64,000 nt of DNA from Pirellulaceae bacterium (GCA_032116735.1 JAUMAK010000005.1:12418-76417), one strand, 5' to 3'; numbered from the stretch's first letter, positions 19,220 to 29,044 are shown. Notes: generated by a model not told the origin, from the letters alone. Numbers and translations are program-made.

Positions 19220-20920
19220 ATGGATCGCTGGCGACTTCGAATCACGGTTTCGATACTTTTGGCCTCGCCGGTGATGTCGACCGCGGTGGCTCAGGAGCTT
19301 GCCGACTTGATCCTTGGGACGAAGTCCCCAGCACCTGCCATCACAAAAGCCGATGGCCCTGTCGAAGAGGTTGATCGCGGCGGGAGTTTGCCTGCGGCGC
19401 AGGGTCTGTCCGAACTGATTCGCGGTTCAAAACCGCCTGCCGGCATGGTTCCCCGGGTGGAGACGTTACCCGAAAGGGCTGACAGGGTGATCACCCGATC
19501 GGCGGCGCGGGAGCTTCTCGATCCGTTCCCCGATCCGGCCCCTGGCATCGTCAAGGCATCGCATGAGGAAGGCCGGTTGCCAGGGCTTGAAGAAGGGTTC
19601 GCCGAGCCGACCCGCGCGATCGGAAGGGTTGAGGTTGTTGACTCCGATCCTGTTGCTGAGGAGGGCCCATCCGCCGTTATGGTTGTGTCGCCGAACCCGA
19701 CGGTCCCCCCGAGCATGTCGAACGAACCGGACATCTGGGTGAACCCACCTGACCCTGAGTTGGGGCCCGGCGGTCTGGGTGGACCCGCGGTGACGAGCGA
19801 TGTCGGGATTGCCCTTTCGGGAAACCTCTCCCTGGTCGCGTTGGCGAGCACCAGTCGGCCGTTCGTGCCTTGGAATCCGCTCTTCATGATGCCAGAGTCG
19901 CCGTTTGGTCTCAGCACCAACGGTTTGGAGTTGCATGGTCGCCAGAGCAGTTTGCAAGCCGCTTTTCGTGGCCCGTCGCTCGCGGAGTGGGAGACGGGTG
20001 GGTTGATCAAGCTATTCCTGCAGGCGGGCAGTTTGACATCGGATACGTATGGGGTGCTGCCCGTTGTCGCTTTTGGTGAGATCAAGAATGAGGAATGGCG
20101 GGTTTCCGCCGGGCTTCAACCCGACCTCTTTGCCCCTCGCGACCCGACCGTTATCCCGACGGTGTTGTTAGGCGGTTCGGGGAACCCCGGGACATTTCGC
20201 GGCCAATTTCGCATCGAACGAACCCTACGACCCAGTGACAACTTTCAGAGCAAGTGGCAATTCGCCTTGAGCGATCCGCTGACGACCGTGTTGATCGACA
20301 ACACCCGGAGGACCACCGAAGGGAACGGTTGGCCGAATGTCGAAAGTCGCGTGGCGCTCGGCTTAGGTGCCGAGCAAGGTTATGCAGGTGGCCGGGTCGA
20401 ACGTGATCTGGAAATCGGCTTGGCCGGAGTCGTTGGGCAGTTGCGGAACACACGACTCGTCTTTGACATCGAGGATCTCGATCCGCTTCAACCCCCACGA
20501 CGAGTGATCGATGTCTGGGGCGTTTCGCTCGACGGTAAGCTGAACCTGACCCATCGGATGGGGGTTTCGGCAGAATTCTTTACCGGCAGCGCGATCGGGA
20601 GTTACGCGGCGAATATTTTTCAATCTTTCGACCCCGATGATTTTTATCCCGTCCGCGGGAGTGGTGGTTGGGTCGACGCGTTTTACTATTGCACCGATCA
20701 GGTCCACTTGCATTTGGGGTATGGTTTGGAGGTCCCCGATGGTGAGACGCTTGGACCCAAGGGGATTTCCCGTAACGAGACTTATTACACGACGATGGTG
20801 TGGGACGTTTCCGAGAGGTTTCAAATCGGGCTGGAGGCCGATTATCGACAGACAGACTATGTCACACTCGCAGGCGGGCAAGGGGCCGTGTTGATCTCGC
20901 AGCTTTTGTGGCGATTCTGA
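19220..20920 (+). CDS. putative outer-membrane beta-barrel (porin-like) protein
   Basis: ORF 18992..20920. Start moved to ATG 19220 (MDRWRLRITVSILLASPVMSTAVAQE, signal peptide). Pro-rich N-terminal part. The C-terminal ~400 aa have alternating hydrophobic/polar beta-strand patterning with many Gly/Tyr/Trp. The protein ends ...ISQLLWRF (aromatic C-terminal residue, typical of OMPs). Confidence 0.4.
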   Translation: MDRWRLRITVSILLASPVMSTAVAQELADLILGTKSPAPAITKADGPVEEVDRGGSLPAAQGLSELIRGSKPPAGMVPRVETLPERADRVITRSAARELLDPFPDPAPGIVKASHEEGRLPGLEEGFAEPTRAIGRVEVVDSDPVAEEGPSAVMVVSPNPTVPPSMSNEPDIWVNPPDPELGPGGLGGPAVTSDVGIALSGNLSLVALASTSRPFVPWNPLFMMPESPFGLSTNGLELHGRQSSLQAAFRGPSLAEWETGGLIKLFLQAGSLTSDTYGVLPVVAFGEIKNEEWRVSAGLQPDLFAPRDPTVIPTVLLGGSGNPGTFRGQFRIERTLRPSDNFQSKWQFALSDPLTTVLIDNTRRTTEGNGWPNVESRVALGLGAEQGYAGGRVERDLEIGLAGVVGQLRNTRLVFDIEDLDPLQPPRRVIDVWGVSLDGKLNLTHRMGVSAEFFTGSAIGSYAANIFQSFDPDDFYPVRGSGGWVDAFYYCTDQVHLHLGYGLEVPDGETLGPKGISRNETYYTTMVWDVSERFQIGLEADYRQTDYVTLAGGQGAVLISQLLWRF

Positions 20921-20947
20921 TCGAGACACCAGGGGGCGACGCGTTGA

Positions 20948-23101
20948 TCACCTGCCGTTTCGAATGATCCAAAACAGTTTGGCGATCGCTTCGCGCTGTG
21001 CCTCTGCATCCCCTTCCGTTGGTCCGGTGATCTGTCGGGCGATATCGATCTGTTCTGGGGTGACGTTGCGATAACCGGCCGCATAGAACGCGTGACGGCG
21101 TTGTTCCTCGATGTCGCTAATCGATTCCATCCAACCGCCCCTCAACCCCTCGCGATCGGCTAACCACTGGGCCCACCAGTAATCCTCGTCGGCGGGTCGT
21201 TGCGTCGGGCCCGTGGTCGGGGGAGCGATGCCTGGTCTTCGGGCAGGTGCTAACAGCAGCGGTTGTGCGAGGACGGCGCGGTCGGTGGCGATCGTCGTTG
21301 GCAGTCCGGACGACCTCGAATTCATCATCGCTATCAGTTGCCGACTGCTCGACATCGGCCAATGCGCCCGTGCCGCGGCGAAAGACCGCTGGGCAAGGGA
21401 CGCCGTGGCCAACGCTTCTTCGGAGGCGATCTGCCAACGGTCTTGCAGAAAAACATCGGGCAAGCCTCGACGCATCGGGTCACACCGGATCACCCAATCG
21501 GCGGCGGCGCGAATGTCAAAGCCCGTCGCTAACAAGCGGTCGGCGAGCATATCGAGCCCCCGATCGAGCGCATCGTCATGTGGGGCTGCGATCGGCGAAC
21601 TGGTCGGGGAGACCATGGGTGTCCCGAAGCCGATCGACCAGAGGTGGTTCGCGAGGGTTCGTGCGACTTGTCGGTTGCCGATGATCCGATCGCGGATCGC
21701 CAGGGTGGGCGACGGAGAGAGGGTCGCCGATGGGCTTGGTGCGGGTAGCCAGCGTTCAGGGATTTCTGGTGTTGCTACCTTCTGCCGGCCGTCCGGGAGT
21801 TCATAAAAGAGCGTCGCCGACTTCGCGTCAACGAACATCGCTGCGGTCGACCAGTAATCTTGCTGCGTCCACCGGCTATCGATGGGGGAATCGTGACATC
21901 GGGCACAAGCGGCATCCGCTCCGGCGACTTTGGATGCGAACCATTCGCCGAGGACTTCCGGCCGATAAGTTGCCCCGGGACGGTTCGTCGGTTGGGGCTC
22001 GCGATGCGATGATGCCAGTTCCTCGACCCATTCGGCTAGCCAATGATCGAAGCGATCGCCGCGATGGATCGTTCGTGCGGCAGTTTCGATCAGCGCTTCG
22101 AGGCGATCGCGGCCCGGTCGCAGGTCTTGGCTTAGCTCGGAGACCAACCTCCGTGCGAGTTCCCTCGCGGCGGCAGGGTCGTGCCACGGGTAGGCGACTC
22201 GCGAAGCGATCGCGTCGTTATCCTGGGCGGCGTCAGCGAGGGCGGATTCGTCACCGCCCTTGTCGTCGCCCAAGGCGGGCGATGCTTGAACCGCGATTCC
22301 GAAACGGTCTGCGATCCGATCGGACCACGCGAGCGGATCGGAGAGGTTTGCAGGAGTCACACCGATCGAATTCCAATAACCCTTGAACTGTTCGTCGAAT
22401 TTAGCCAGCCCGGCAAGATCATCGATTGGCGGCTTGGGTGGCGACGATGGGCCGGAAGGACCGTTGGCTGCGAGCTCCGAAGCCATCGGTGACGCGGGGG
22501 GGCGATTCGGCCCGATCGAGTCGCTGTCGGGGGCCTTCGCCGTGGCGGTGGAGTTAGGTTCCGACGCCCGATTCAGCGGGTGCGTATCCCCGCTGAGTAG
22601 GACGGGGGATTTCGGGGTCGGGCTGCTGCCGCCTGACGCTGGGCTTTTCGAAGTTGCTGTCGATGAGCCCTGGGACAACGCGAGGTCATCGGCGAGTGTG
22701 GCGGTTTCTCTGGTTCGTTTACGGGCGGGTGTTTGCGGCCGCTGGGGGGCCGGGGTCGCGGCCCGGACGGCGACCTTCGACGGCGTACCCGCCAGTTGGC
22801 GGTAACTTCGAAAGGCAGAGAACGCGACGACGGCCAAGACCGATGCCGCCAAGCTCGACCAAACGGCGGTGCTGATGTTTCGGCGGGAATTTCCTTCGGC
22901 GGGTTCTCCCAATCCTTGAGGACGGACCGGTGCGCGGCGGGCAGATTCTCGGAGGACGGCTTCGGTGAAATCGCGACGTGGGGGGGCCGTTTGCGAGTCG
23001 CGTTCGAAAAACGCCTGCAGCATCGCGTCCAGAGCCCGATCATCGGCCTCCGAAAGGCCTTCGGGGCGGTCTGACGGTTGGTCATGTAGGCCGTTGGTCA
23101 T
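20948..23101 (-). CDS. putative anti-sigma factor with one TM and a periplasmic DUF1553-like (PSD1-like) domain
   Basis: 717 aa, 34 nt downstream of the ECF sigma gene. Cytoplasmic N-terminus, TM helix AVWSSLAASVLAVVAFSAF, S/P/A-rich linker. The C-terminal domain carries CARCHDSPIDSRWTQQDYWSTAAMF and ANHLWSIGFG, which align to motifs of the DUF1549/1553 protein at 25111-26829. Confidence 0.45.
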   Translation of the reverse strand: MTNGLHDQPSDRPEGLSEADDRALDAMLQAFFERDSQTAPPRRDFTEAVLRESARRAPVRPQGLGEPAEGNSRRNISTAVWSSLAASVLAVVAFSAFRSYRQLAGTPSKVAVRAATPAPQRPQTPARKRTRETATLADDLALSQGSSTATSKSPASGGSSPTPKSPVLLSGDTHPLNRASEPNSTATAKAPDSDSIGPNRPPASPMASELAANGPSGPSSPPKPPIDDLAGLAKFDEQFKGYWNSIGVTPANLSDPLAWSDRIADRFGIAVQASPALGDDKGGDESALADAAQDNDAIASRVAYPWHDPAAARELARRLVSELSQDLRPGRDRLEALIETAARTIHRGDRFDHWLAEWVEELASSHREPQPTNRPGATYRPEVLGEWFASKVAGADAACARCHDSPIDSRWTQQDYWSTAAMFVDAKSATLFYELPDGRQKVATPEIPERWLPAPSPSATLSPSPTLAIRDRIIGNRQVARTLANHLWSIGFGTPMVSPTSSPIAAPHDDALDRGLDMLADRLLATGFDIRAAADWVIRCDPMRRGLPDVFLQDRWQIASEEALATASLAQRSFAAARAHWPMSSSRQLIAMMNSRSSGLPTTIATDRAVLAQPLLLAPARRPGIAPPTTGPTQRPADEDYWWAQWLADREGLRGGWMESISDIEEQRRHAFYAAGYRNVTPEQIDIARQITGPTEGDAEAQREAIAKLFWIIRNGR

Positions 23102-23135
23102 CGTCCGGAAAAGCCCATGGGTATAGGAGATCGCA

Positions 23136-23774
23136 TCATCGTTCGGTTTCGGCCTCGGGCCAGCGGTTTCGCTCGCCCGGGTCGCGTTTGTTCTTCAATT
23201 CGGTCAGTTTGGATTGGACGCAGTCTCGAAGCTGCTGTTTGGCCCGCTGCATCAGGTTTCGCGCCCCGTGTTCACTGATACCGAGTTTCTCCGCGATCGA
23301 AGCCCGACTGGCGTTTTCCGCGAATCGCATCTGCAGCGCTAAGCGGGCTCGGTCGGTGATCGAATCGAGGCAAATCCGTAGGCAGTCGATCCCTTCGTCG
23401 CCACTCAGGTCGCTACCGGCCCAGCGGTCCCAAATCTCGTCGAGCGGGTCGTCGGTGACAATCGTCTTGACGCGGCCCCCTTTGCGGTGGTGGGTGATCA
23501 ACAAATTTCGCGCTGTCCTGCGGAGGTAGGCCGCGGTCGCGCTTTGGCTCCATTGCGAGAACGATTCCTGACAAATCACCTTCACCAACGTTTCTTGAGT
23601 CAGGTCATCTGCCAGTGAATCGTCGCAACCGAGCATCCGGAGGTATCGCCAAATGCCGAGTTGGTGGCGGCGGATCAGTTCTTCCGCCGTAAGTACTTTC
23701 TCGGGGGGTGGTCGCTCGTCAGGTTCGTCACTCACAGATCGATTCACACCGAGCGTAACGGGAAGGCCTGCCAA
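23136..23774 (-). CDS. ECF-type RNA polymerase sigma-70 family factor
   Basis: 212 aa; the track start is TTG, so the exact start is uncertain. Region 2 is HQLGIWRYLRMLGCDDSLADDLTQETLVKV. Region 4 HTH is RASIAEKLGISEHGARNLMQRAKQQLR. Confidence 0.85.
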   Translation of the reverse strand: MAGLPVTLGVNRSVSDEPDERPPPEKVLTAEELIRRHQLGIWRYLRMLGCDDSLADDLTQETLVKVICQESFSQWSQSATAAYLRRTARNLLITHHRKGGRVKTIVTDDPLDEIWDRWAGSDLSGDEGIDCLRICLDSITDRARLALQMRFAENASRASIAEKLGISEHGARNLMQRAKQQLRDCVQSKLTELKNKRDPGERNRWPEAETER

Positions 23775-23798
23775 GAGGCGGATGGACCTCCCTCTGTG

Positions 23799-25094
23799 TC
23801 AGGCGAGCAATTCCTGAATGACCTTGCCACCACCAGCGATCTTCATCGGTCGACCGCTTTTGGAAGTGTAAGTCTTATCGAGAGAAATACCCAGTCCCTT
23901 GCAGACGGTCGACATCAAATCTTCGCTGGTGTAAGGGGTCCCTTCGACTTCGGTGCCATCGCTGTTGGTTTGGCCGACCGCGATCCCCCCCTTGATACCG
24001 GCACCGCCGACGACGACCGACCAGGAACGTGCCCAGTGGTCGCGGCCCGAGGTCTGGTTGATGCGGGGCGTGCGGCCGAACTCACCCATCCAAATGATCG
24101 CCGTGTCCTTGAGCAGATCCCGTTGCGCCAAGTCTTCGACCAAGGCGCTCATCGCGCGGTCGAGTTCCGGGAGCTTGGTGTCGCTCAGGGTGTTGAAAAT
24201 GTTGTTGTGGTTGTCCCATCCGCCCAGGTCGACCTCGACAAAGGGGACCCCTGCTTCGACCAATCGTCGGGCAAGGAGGCAACCTTGTCCGAAGCCCCGT
24301 TCGCCGTAGCGTTCCTTCATCTCCTTGGGCTCTTGATCGACCTTGAACGCCTTCATCTGTTCGCTGGTCATCAGGTCGAGCGTTTTGCGGAGGACCTTCT
24401 GGTGTTCACCAGCCGGGCTCGCCGCCGGGGCGCCACCGCGGGTCTGTTTGATGAAACCGCTTTCGATCAAGTCGAGCGCGGCGACTCGCTGTGCCAAGCG
24501 GCGGTCATCGATTTTCAGTGATAAGTCTCGGATCTGCCCGTTGCTGCTTACCGAAAACGGGGCCCAGGCCATCCCCAAGAAGCCGGGGCCCGAGCCGCCG
24601 CCCCCGATATGAACGAAAGGCGGGATCGCCAGGTCTGGTCGTTGGTCGAACAGTTCGTGCGCGATCACCGAACCGTAGCTCGGGTGCTCGATGCTGGGGT
24701 TGGGAACGTAACCGGTCTGCATGTAATAACGGCCGCGGTTGTGGTCGGCCTCGCGGGTCGACATCGATCGGACGATCGACAGGTGCTTCATCTGAGCCGC
24801 GACCATCGGCAGGTGTTCGCAGATCTGTAAATCGCCCGTGGTGCTGATCGGGCGAAACGGCCCGCCGGTCGGGGCACCAGGCTTGAGGTCCCACAGGTCG
24901 ATCGTCGAGGGCCCGCCGCCCATCCACAGGAGGATTGCCGACTTGCGATTCTTGCGGAGCTCTTCGGCGTTGGCCGCCATCGCGGTGCTGAACGACAACG
25001 CCGTCGAGGCCATCGCCGCGGAACCCACCAGGTGCTGGGCGAAATGCCGCCTGGTCATGCCGCTGGGCGTGGAGAACTGAGAAGAGAGGTTCAT
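23799..25094 (-). CDS. DUF1501 domain protein (sulfatase-fold, Tat-type signal)
   Basis: ORF 23799..25184. Start moved to ATG 25094 (MNLSSQFSTPSGMTRRHFAQHLVGSAAMAS, twin-Arg-like). Motifs ILLWMGGGPSTIDLWDLKP and SGRDHW. Confidence 0.85.
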   Translation of the reverse strand: MNLSSQFSTPSGMTRRHFAQHLVGSAAMASTALSFSTAMAANAEELRKNRKSAILLWMGGGPSTIDLWDLKPGAPTGGPFRPISTTGDLQICEHLPMVAAQMKHLSIVRSMSTREADHNRGRYYMQTGYVPNPSIEHPSYGSVIAHELFDQRPDLAIPPFVHIGGGGSGPGFLGMAWAPFSVSSNGQIRDLSLKIDDRRLAQRVAALDLIESGFIKQTRGGAPAASPAGEHQKVLRKTLDLMTSEQMKAFKVDQEPKEMKERYGERGFGQGCLLARRLVEAGVPFVEVDLGGWDNHNNIFNTLSDTKLPELDRAMSALVEDLAQRDLLKDTAIIWMGEFGRTPRINQTSGRDHWARSWSVVVGGAGIKGGIAVGQTNSDGTEVEGTPYTSEDLMSTVCKGLGISLDKTYTSKSGRPMKIAGGGKVIQELLA

Positions 25095-25110
25095 CGAAAT
25101 TACCCTGGCG

Positions 25111-26829
25111 TTAGTGTTGCATGATGAATTCGTTGCTGTTGATGATCGCCCACCACATGTCTTGCAGCATCGCGATCTCGTCACCTTTTCGGGCCGTTAA
25201 CAACTTCGAAGCGACCATCAATTCGTCCTTCGAAGCTCGTCTGCTGAGGCCTGTCAAGAAAAGCTGATTGACCCGGTCCCGGGTGTTTCGGTTTTGTGAC
25301 ATCACCGTCTTGAGGAATCCGCCGTCCTCTTCGCTGATCGCTTGGCGGGTCAGTTCGCCATTGAAAAGCATCAGTGCCTGGGGGATCGACCCGTTGAAGG
25401 TGGTCGCCTCGTCCCCCTCGTCGGTCCCGAAAGCGACGACGAATTGTTGCATCCAGCGGCGACGCTCCTGTTCCTGACGTTCGTAACTCCCGGCCGCCTT
25501 CGCGCCGCTCGAAGTCACCAGCGATTGATAGAGCTGTTCCGCGGTCATCTGCCGCAAGTAAAAGTGCGAAAACTTAGGGGCTTCACCGACCGTAGGGTCG
25601 TCGACCTCGTTCGCGGCGCTGTGCCGGGCGGCGAGCTGGTAGGGCTTGCTGAGCACGATCCATCGCATCAACTGTTTGCAGTCATGGCTGTTGCCCCTCA
25701 CCTCTTTCGCCAAATATTCCATCAGGTCCGGATGGCTGGGGGCGTTGTGAGGCCCTATATCATCGATCGGCTTGGTGAAGCCGTGACCCAAGAAGTGGGA
25801 CCAAAACCGATTGACCATCATCTTGTCGAGGTAGGGGCTGGCCACGATCAGCTTCCCGAGTTCCAACCGTCGATTGACTTCGCTGACGTAACCGCTCTTG
25901 CCGATCTCGGTGTCATCGACGAAGACGGGGTACGCGGTCTTGATCAAGCCGTTGCGAAGCTCGTAGTAGATCAACGCATCGCTCGGGTCTCCCCCCTGCC
26001 CTTCATAGTCCTCGCTAACCAGTTCGGCATGATCGACGTCGTTCGTCCCAGGGACGAAGCGTCGCAAGGCTCGGGTCTGGCGAAAGAACGCGTTGAAGTC
26101 CCAGAACTTTTGTTGCTTCCACTGATTGAACGGGTGGTTATGACACTGCGTGCATTGGACCTGGAGCCCAAGAAAAACTCTCGAAGTCGAACTGGTCGCG
26201 AGCACCGCGTCTTCGGCGTTCACCTTGTCCGCGAGGAAGTTCGCCGCCCCGTTAAAGTTTGGCGACCCTGGCTTGGTCGCGCCTTCCGCGGTCACCAATT
26301 CGAAGACCATCCGATCGTAGGGCTTGTTCGCCGCGAACGAATCGCGCAGGTATTTCATCATCCCATCGCGGCTGGTGAGCGAATCACGCTCGGTGCCACC
26401 GCTCCGGCCGATTAGGACGTTGCACCAGACCGTCGCCCAATGGTTCGCATACTCTTCAGCGTAGCGGTCGTCTTCGAGCAGGCGTTCGACCAAATTCGAC
26501 CGACGCTGGGCGGCATTATCCGCCAAGAATTCGTTCAGCTCGTCGACCGAGGGGATCCTTCCGATCAGATCAAGAAAGACCCGGCGGCACCACCGGTCGT
26601 CCTCGACTTCCGGGGCCGGCTTGATCTCAAAGTCACGCCACTGCTGCTCGATCGCCGAATTGATTTCGGCAACTTGCGGCGGAAGCGTCGGGGATGCCCC
26701 ACGCGAGTCGACCACCCCAAGCCCGCCGAAAAAGGCGGCATGTAACGAGAGTAGCAGCACCCAAGGACGCGGAATGCGAACTGAAAATCTCATAAAAAGA
26801 GACCATGCGGTGCGAGGCGAAAGCGACAA
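25111..26829 (-). CDS. DUF1549/DUF1553-like (PSCyt2/PSD1-like) planctomycete protein
   Basis: 572 aa; the alternative start M13 at 26793 gives the signal-like MRFSVRIPRPWVLLLSLHAAFFGG. Motifs RRVFLDLIGRIPSVDELNEF and VQCTQCHNHPFNQWKQQKFWDFNAFF. Lies 16 nt upstream of the DUF1501 gene, the usual pairing for these families. Confidence 0.8.
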   Translation of the reverse strand: MSLSPRTAWSLFMRFSVRIPRPWVLLLSLHAAFFGGLGVVDSRGASPTLPPQVAEINSAIEQQWRDFEIKPAPEVEDDRWCRRVFLDLIGRIPSVDELNEFLADNAAQRRSNLVERLLEDDRYAEEYANHWATVWCNVLIGRSGGTERDSLTSRDGMMKYLRDSFAANKPYDRMVFELVTAEGATKPGSPNFNGAANFLADKVNAEDAVLATSSTSRVFLGLQVQCTQCHNHPFNQWKQQKFWDFNAFFRQTRALRRFVPGTNDVDHAELVSEDYEGQGGDPSDALIYYELRNGLIKTAYPVFVDDTEIGKSGYVSEVNRRLELGKLIVASPYLDKMMVNRFWSHFLGHGFTKPIDDIGPHNAPSHPDLMEYLAKEVRGNSHDCKQLMRWIVLSKPYQLAARHSAANEVDDPTVGEAPKFSHFYLRQMTAEQLYQSLVTSSGAKAAGSYERQEQERRRWMQQFVVAFGTDEGDEATTFNGSIPQALMLFNGELTRQAISEEDGGFLKTVMSQNRNTRDRVNQLFLTGLSRRASKDELMVASKLLTARKGDEIAMLQDMWWAIINSNEFIMQH

Positions 26830-27092
26830 AGTAACGGGCCGATTCCTTCTGCCGTTAAACTATCAACGAAGGGATGTGCGGGGGGGTACCCAAAATTCCC
26901 TGCCGAAAACGAACGTCCAAGATTTGGCGCCTTATGCGCACACCGGACATTCTACACGTGCCGCCTGTAGGAATCGATTCGGTTCGGCAAAAGGTCAAAG
27001 TAAAACCCGCTGCCTCGATCGCGGATCGGTCCGCCCAGCGAACTTGGTGCCAGGTGGGCCAAATGGCTAATGGCCATGAGAATTGCATTGAT

Positions 27093-27124
27093 AGGCCCCT
27101 GCGTCATTGCAGGGGCCTGTTTTA
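27093..27124. terminator. perfect 10-bp GC-rich hairpin with a T-tract on the + strand (candidate intrinsic terminator, orientation ambiguous)
   Basis: AGGCCCCTGC (27093-27102), loop GTCATT, GCAGGGGCCT (27109-27118), then GTTTTA. It sits 46 nt beyond the folE stop (- strand), but the U-tract only follows the stem when read on the + strand. Confidence 0.45.
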
Positions 27125-27169
27125 GTCCCTAAGGCGGTTTCGGATGGCCTGGGGTCGCTGCCGCGGGCT

Positions 27170-27835
27170 TTATTTGCCGCGATTGATCAGGTCCATCACC
27201 TCGCCACGGCTCTTCGAATCGCTCCGGAAGATCCCGCGGACGGCGGAGGTGATGCAGAGGCTGCCAGGCTTGCGGATCCCGCGCATCGTCATGCACGAAT
27301 GGGTGGCTTCGAGGACGACTGCGACACCCCTTGCTTCGAGGCGGCTTTCCATGAGGTCTGCGATCGTCTGGGTCATCCGTTCTTGGACCTGCGGACGGCG
27401 GGCGACTTCTTCGACAAGTCGAGCGAGTTTACTGAGGCCGACGACCGACCCCTTCGGGATGTAGGCGATGTGGGCGACGCCGGTGAACGGAAGCAGGTGG
27501 TGTTCGCACATGCTGCAGAAGCTGATGTCGCGGACCAAGACGATTTCGTCAAAATTCTCGGCGAAGACTTTGGCCAAATGCCTTCCTGGGTCGTGCCGCA
27601 AGCCGGCAAACATTTCGGCATACATCCGGGCGACACGGGCGGGGGTTTCGAGCAACCCGTCGCGATCGGGATCTTCGCCGACGGCAATGAGAATTTCGCG
27701 GACCGCCTTCTCGATCCGCTTGAGGTCGACATGATCAGCCTTGGGGGCGTTCTTGTCGACGAAGGTCGGCGAAAGGGGGCCGGTCGACTTTTCAGGCCGG
27801 GCCGGGGTGGTTTGAATCGGTGCGGAGGATTCCAT
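27170..27835 (-). CDS. folE: GTP cyclohydrolase I
   Basis: ORF 27170..28039. Start moved to ATG 27835 (MESSAPIQ). Motifs [63 protein letters not shown]. Confidence 0.92.
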   Translation of the reverse strand: MESSAPIQTTPARPEKSTGPLSPTFVDKNAPKADHVDLKRIEKAVREILIAVGEDPDRDGLLETPARVARMYAEMFAGLRHDPGRHLAKVFAENFDEIVLVRDISFCSMCEHHLLPFTGVAHIAYIPKGSVVGLSKLARLVEEVARRPQVQERMTQTIADLMESRLEARGVAVVLEATHSCMTMRGIRKPGSLCITSAVRGIFRSDSKSRGEVMDLINRGK

Positions 27836-28035
27836 GTTGGGTGATTCCTGGGGGCCTGGGTCGATCGGTTGGTGGGGTCGCATCGGCGCGTAGTTCGCTA
27901 GAGATCTCGGGGGGAAAGTCACTGGGACTCCCCAGGTCTCGCAGGAATACCCGCGATTTATGTTAGCCGCTTGCCAAGTCCCGGCAACGGCGAAACCGCA
28001 ACGTCGCTCTGTGGCTACCCCTTTGAGCCACCCGA

Positions 28036-28782
28036 TCAATTGAGGCTAAAGGGGGGTGGGAACTCGGGTCGAGACGGGGTCGTGGGGGGCGAATTGGCAG
28101 CCCCGCTGGGATGTTGGGACAGGCCCGATGTCGGCTTCGAAAACCGTCGCAGAAGTTCGGCCAAGAGGATCGCACGTTGGGCGATGTCGTTTTGTTCGAG
28201 GAGTTTCAGCTTGGCGGATGTTCCCAGTGGGAGGGTGAACGCGATGATGTCGGTGATCGGGCCCAGGCCCATTTGGCTGGCCATCAGTTCGTGCAGGTTC
28301 TGTTGGACCGTGGCGCTGGCCGGTATCGCCGACGCGAACGCGTCAAGCACTTCCGACTTCAGCTTGATCGCTGTCGGCGAGTCGGGGGGTGGGGCGAATT
28401 CCGGGAGCGGTTCGATTTCGGCGACTCGAAAAGGGTGGTCGGTCTTCAGTTCGCGGATCACCCGAGCTCGTCTGGCCCCGATCAGCAGGATGTTGTGGGT
28501 GCCGCCTTCCGTTTCGGCGTGCGAGACGACCTTTCCGATGCAGACCATGGGGTGGATCGCCGGCGGCGACTTGGGGCCCCCGGATGAACCCCCGATTAAA
28601 GTCGCCATGCCGATCAGTTTGTCGGTTGCCATGGCGTCATCGAGCATTTCGCAATACCGCGGCTCGAAAATGTGGAGGGGCTGCATGGCGTGTGGGAAGA
28701 CGACCAGATCGGGCAGCGGAAACAGCCGCAACCTGCCGGAAAAGTCGTCGGGGATTTTGGTGACATCGTCAAAGCTTGACAT
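28036..28782 (-). CDS. LON N-terminal (substrate-binding) domain protein
   Basis: ORF 28036..28881. Start moved to ATG 28782 ([11 protein letters not shown]). [32 protein letters not shown] is the typical start of a LON substrate-binding domain. No AAA+ or protease domain is present. Confidence 0.75.
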   Translation of the reverse strand: MSSFDDVTKIPDDFSGRLRLFPLPDLVVFPHAMQPLHIFEPRYCEMLDDAMATDKLIGMATLIGGSSGGPKSPPAIHPMVCIGKVVSHAETEGGTHNILLIGARRARVIRELKTDHPFRVAEIEPLPEFAPPPDSPTAIKLKSEVLDAFASAIPASATVQQNLHELMASQMGLGPITDIIAFTLPLGTSAKLKLLEQNDIAQRAILLAELLRRFSKPTSGLSQHPSGAANSPPTTPSRPEFPPPFSLN

Positions 28783-29044
28783 GAGGGGCTGCGGGAAAGT
28801 GTGTTGGGGTTCGGGGCCGTGGGGTGTGGTCGTCGTCGGGGCCACGCTCCGGGGCGGCTGTGCGGCTAGGCGGGGTGACACCCACCGTTTTTTGCGGGCT
28901 GTCCTATCAGTTTAATCCGCAAGGGATGGCGAGTCGTTGACAGGCCCCCCTGCCGAGACCCACAATTACGAAACAGGAATCTTCCCTGGGTAGGCTCTGG
29001 CGCGGGCTTGCCCCTCACCGTTACTCTGGCATCGGTCGGCAAAG

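Noticed and set aside
25342-26415. 357-aa + strand ORF inside the DUF1549/1553 gene
   Set aside because: It is antisense to a gene with clear family motifs. It has Arg/Gly/Val/Pro-rich shadow composition and no recognisable domain.
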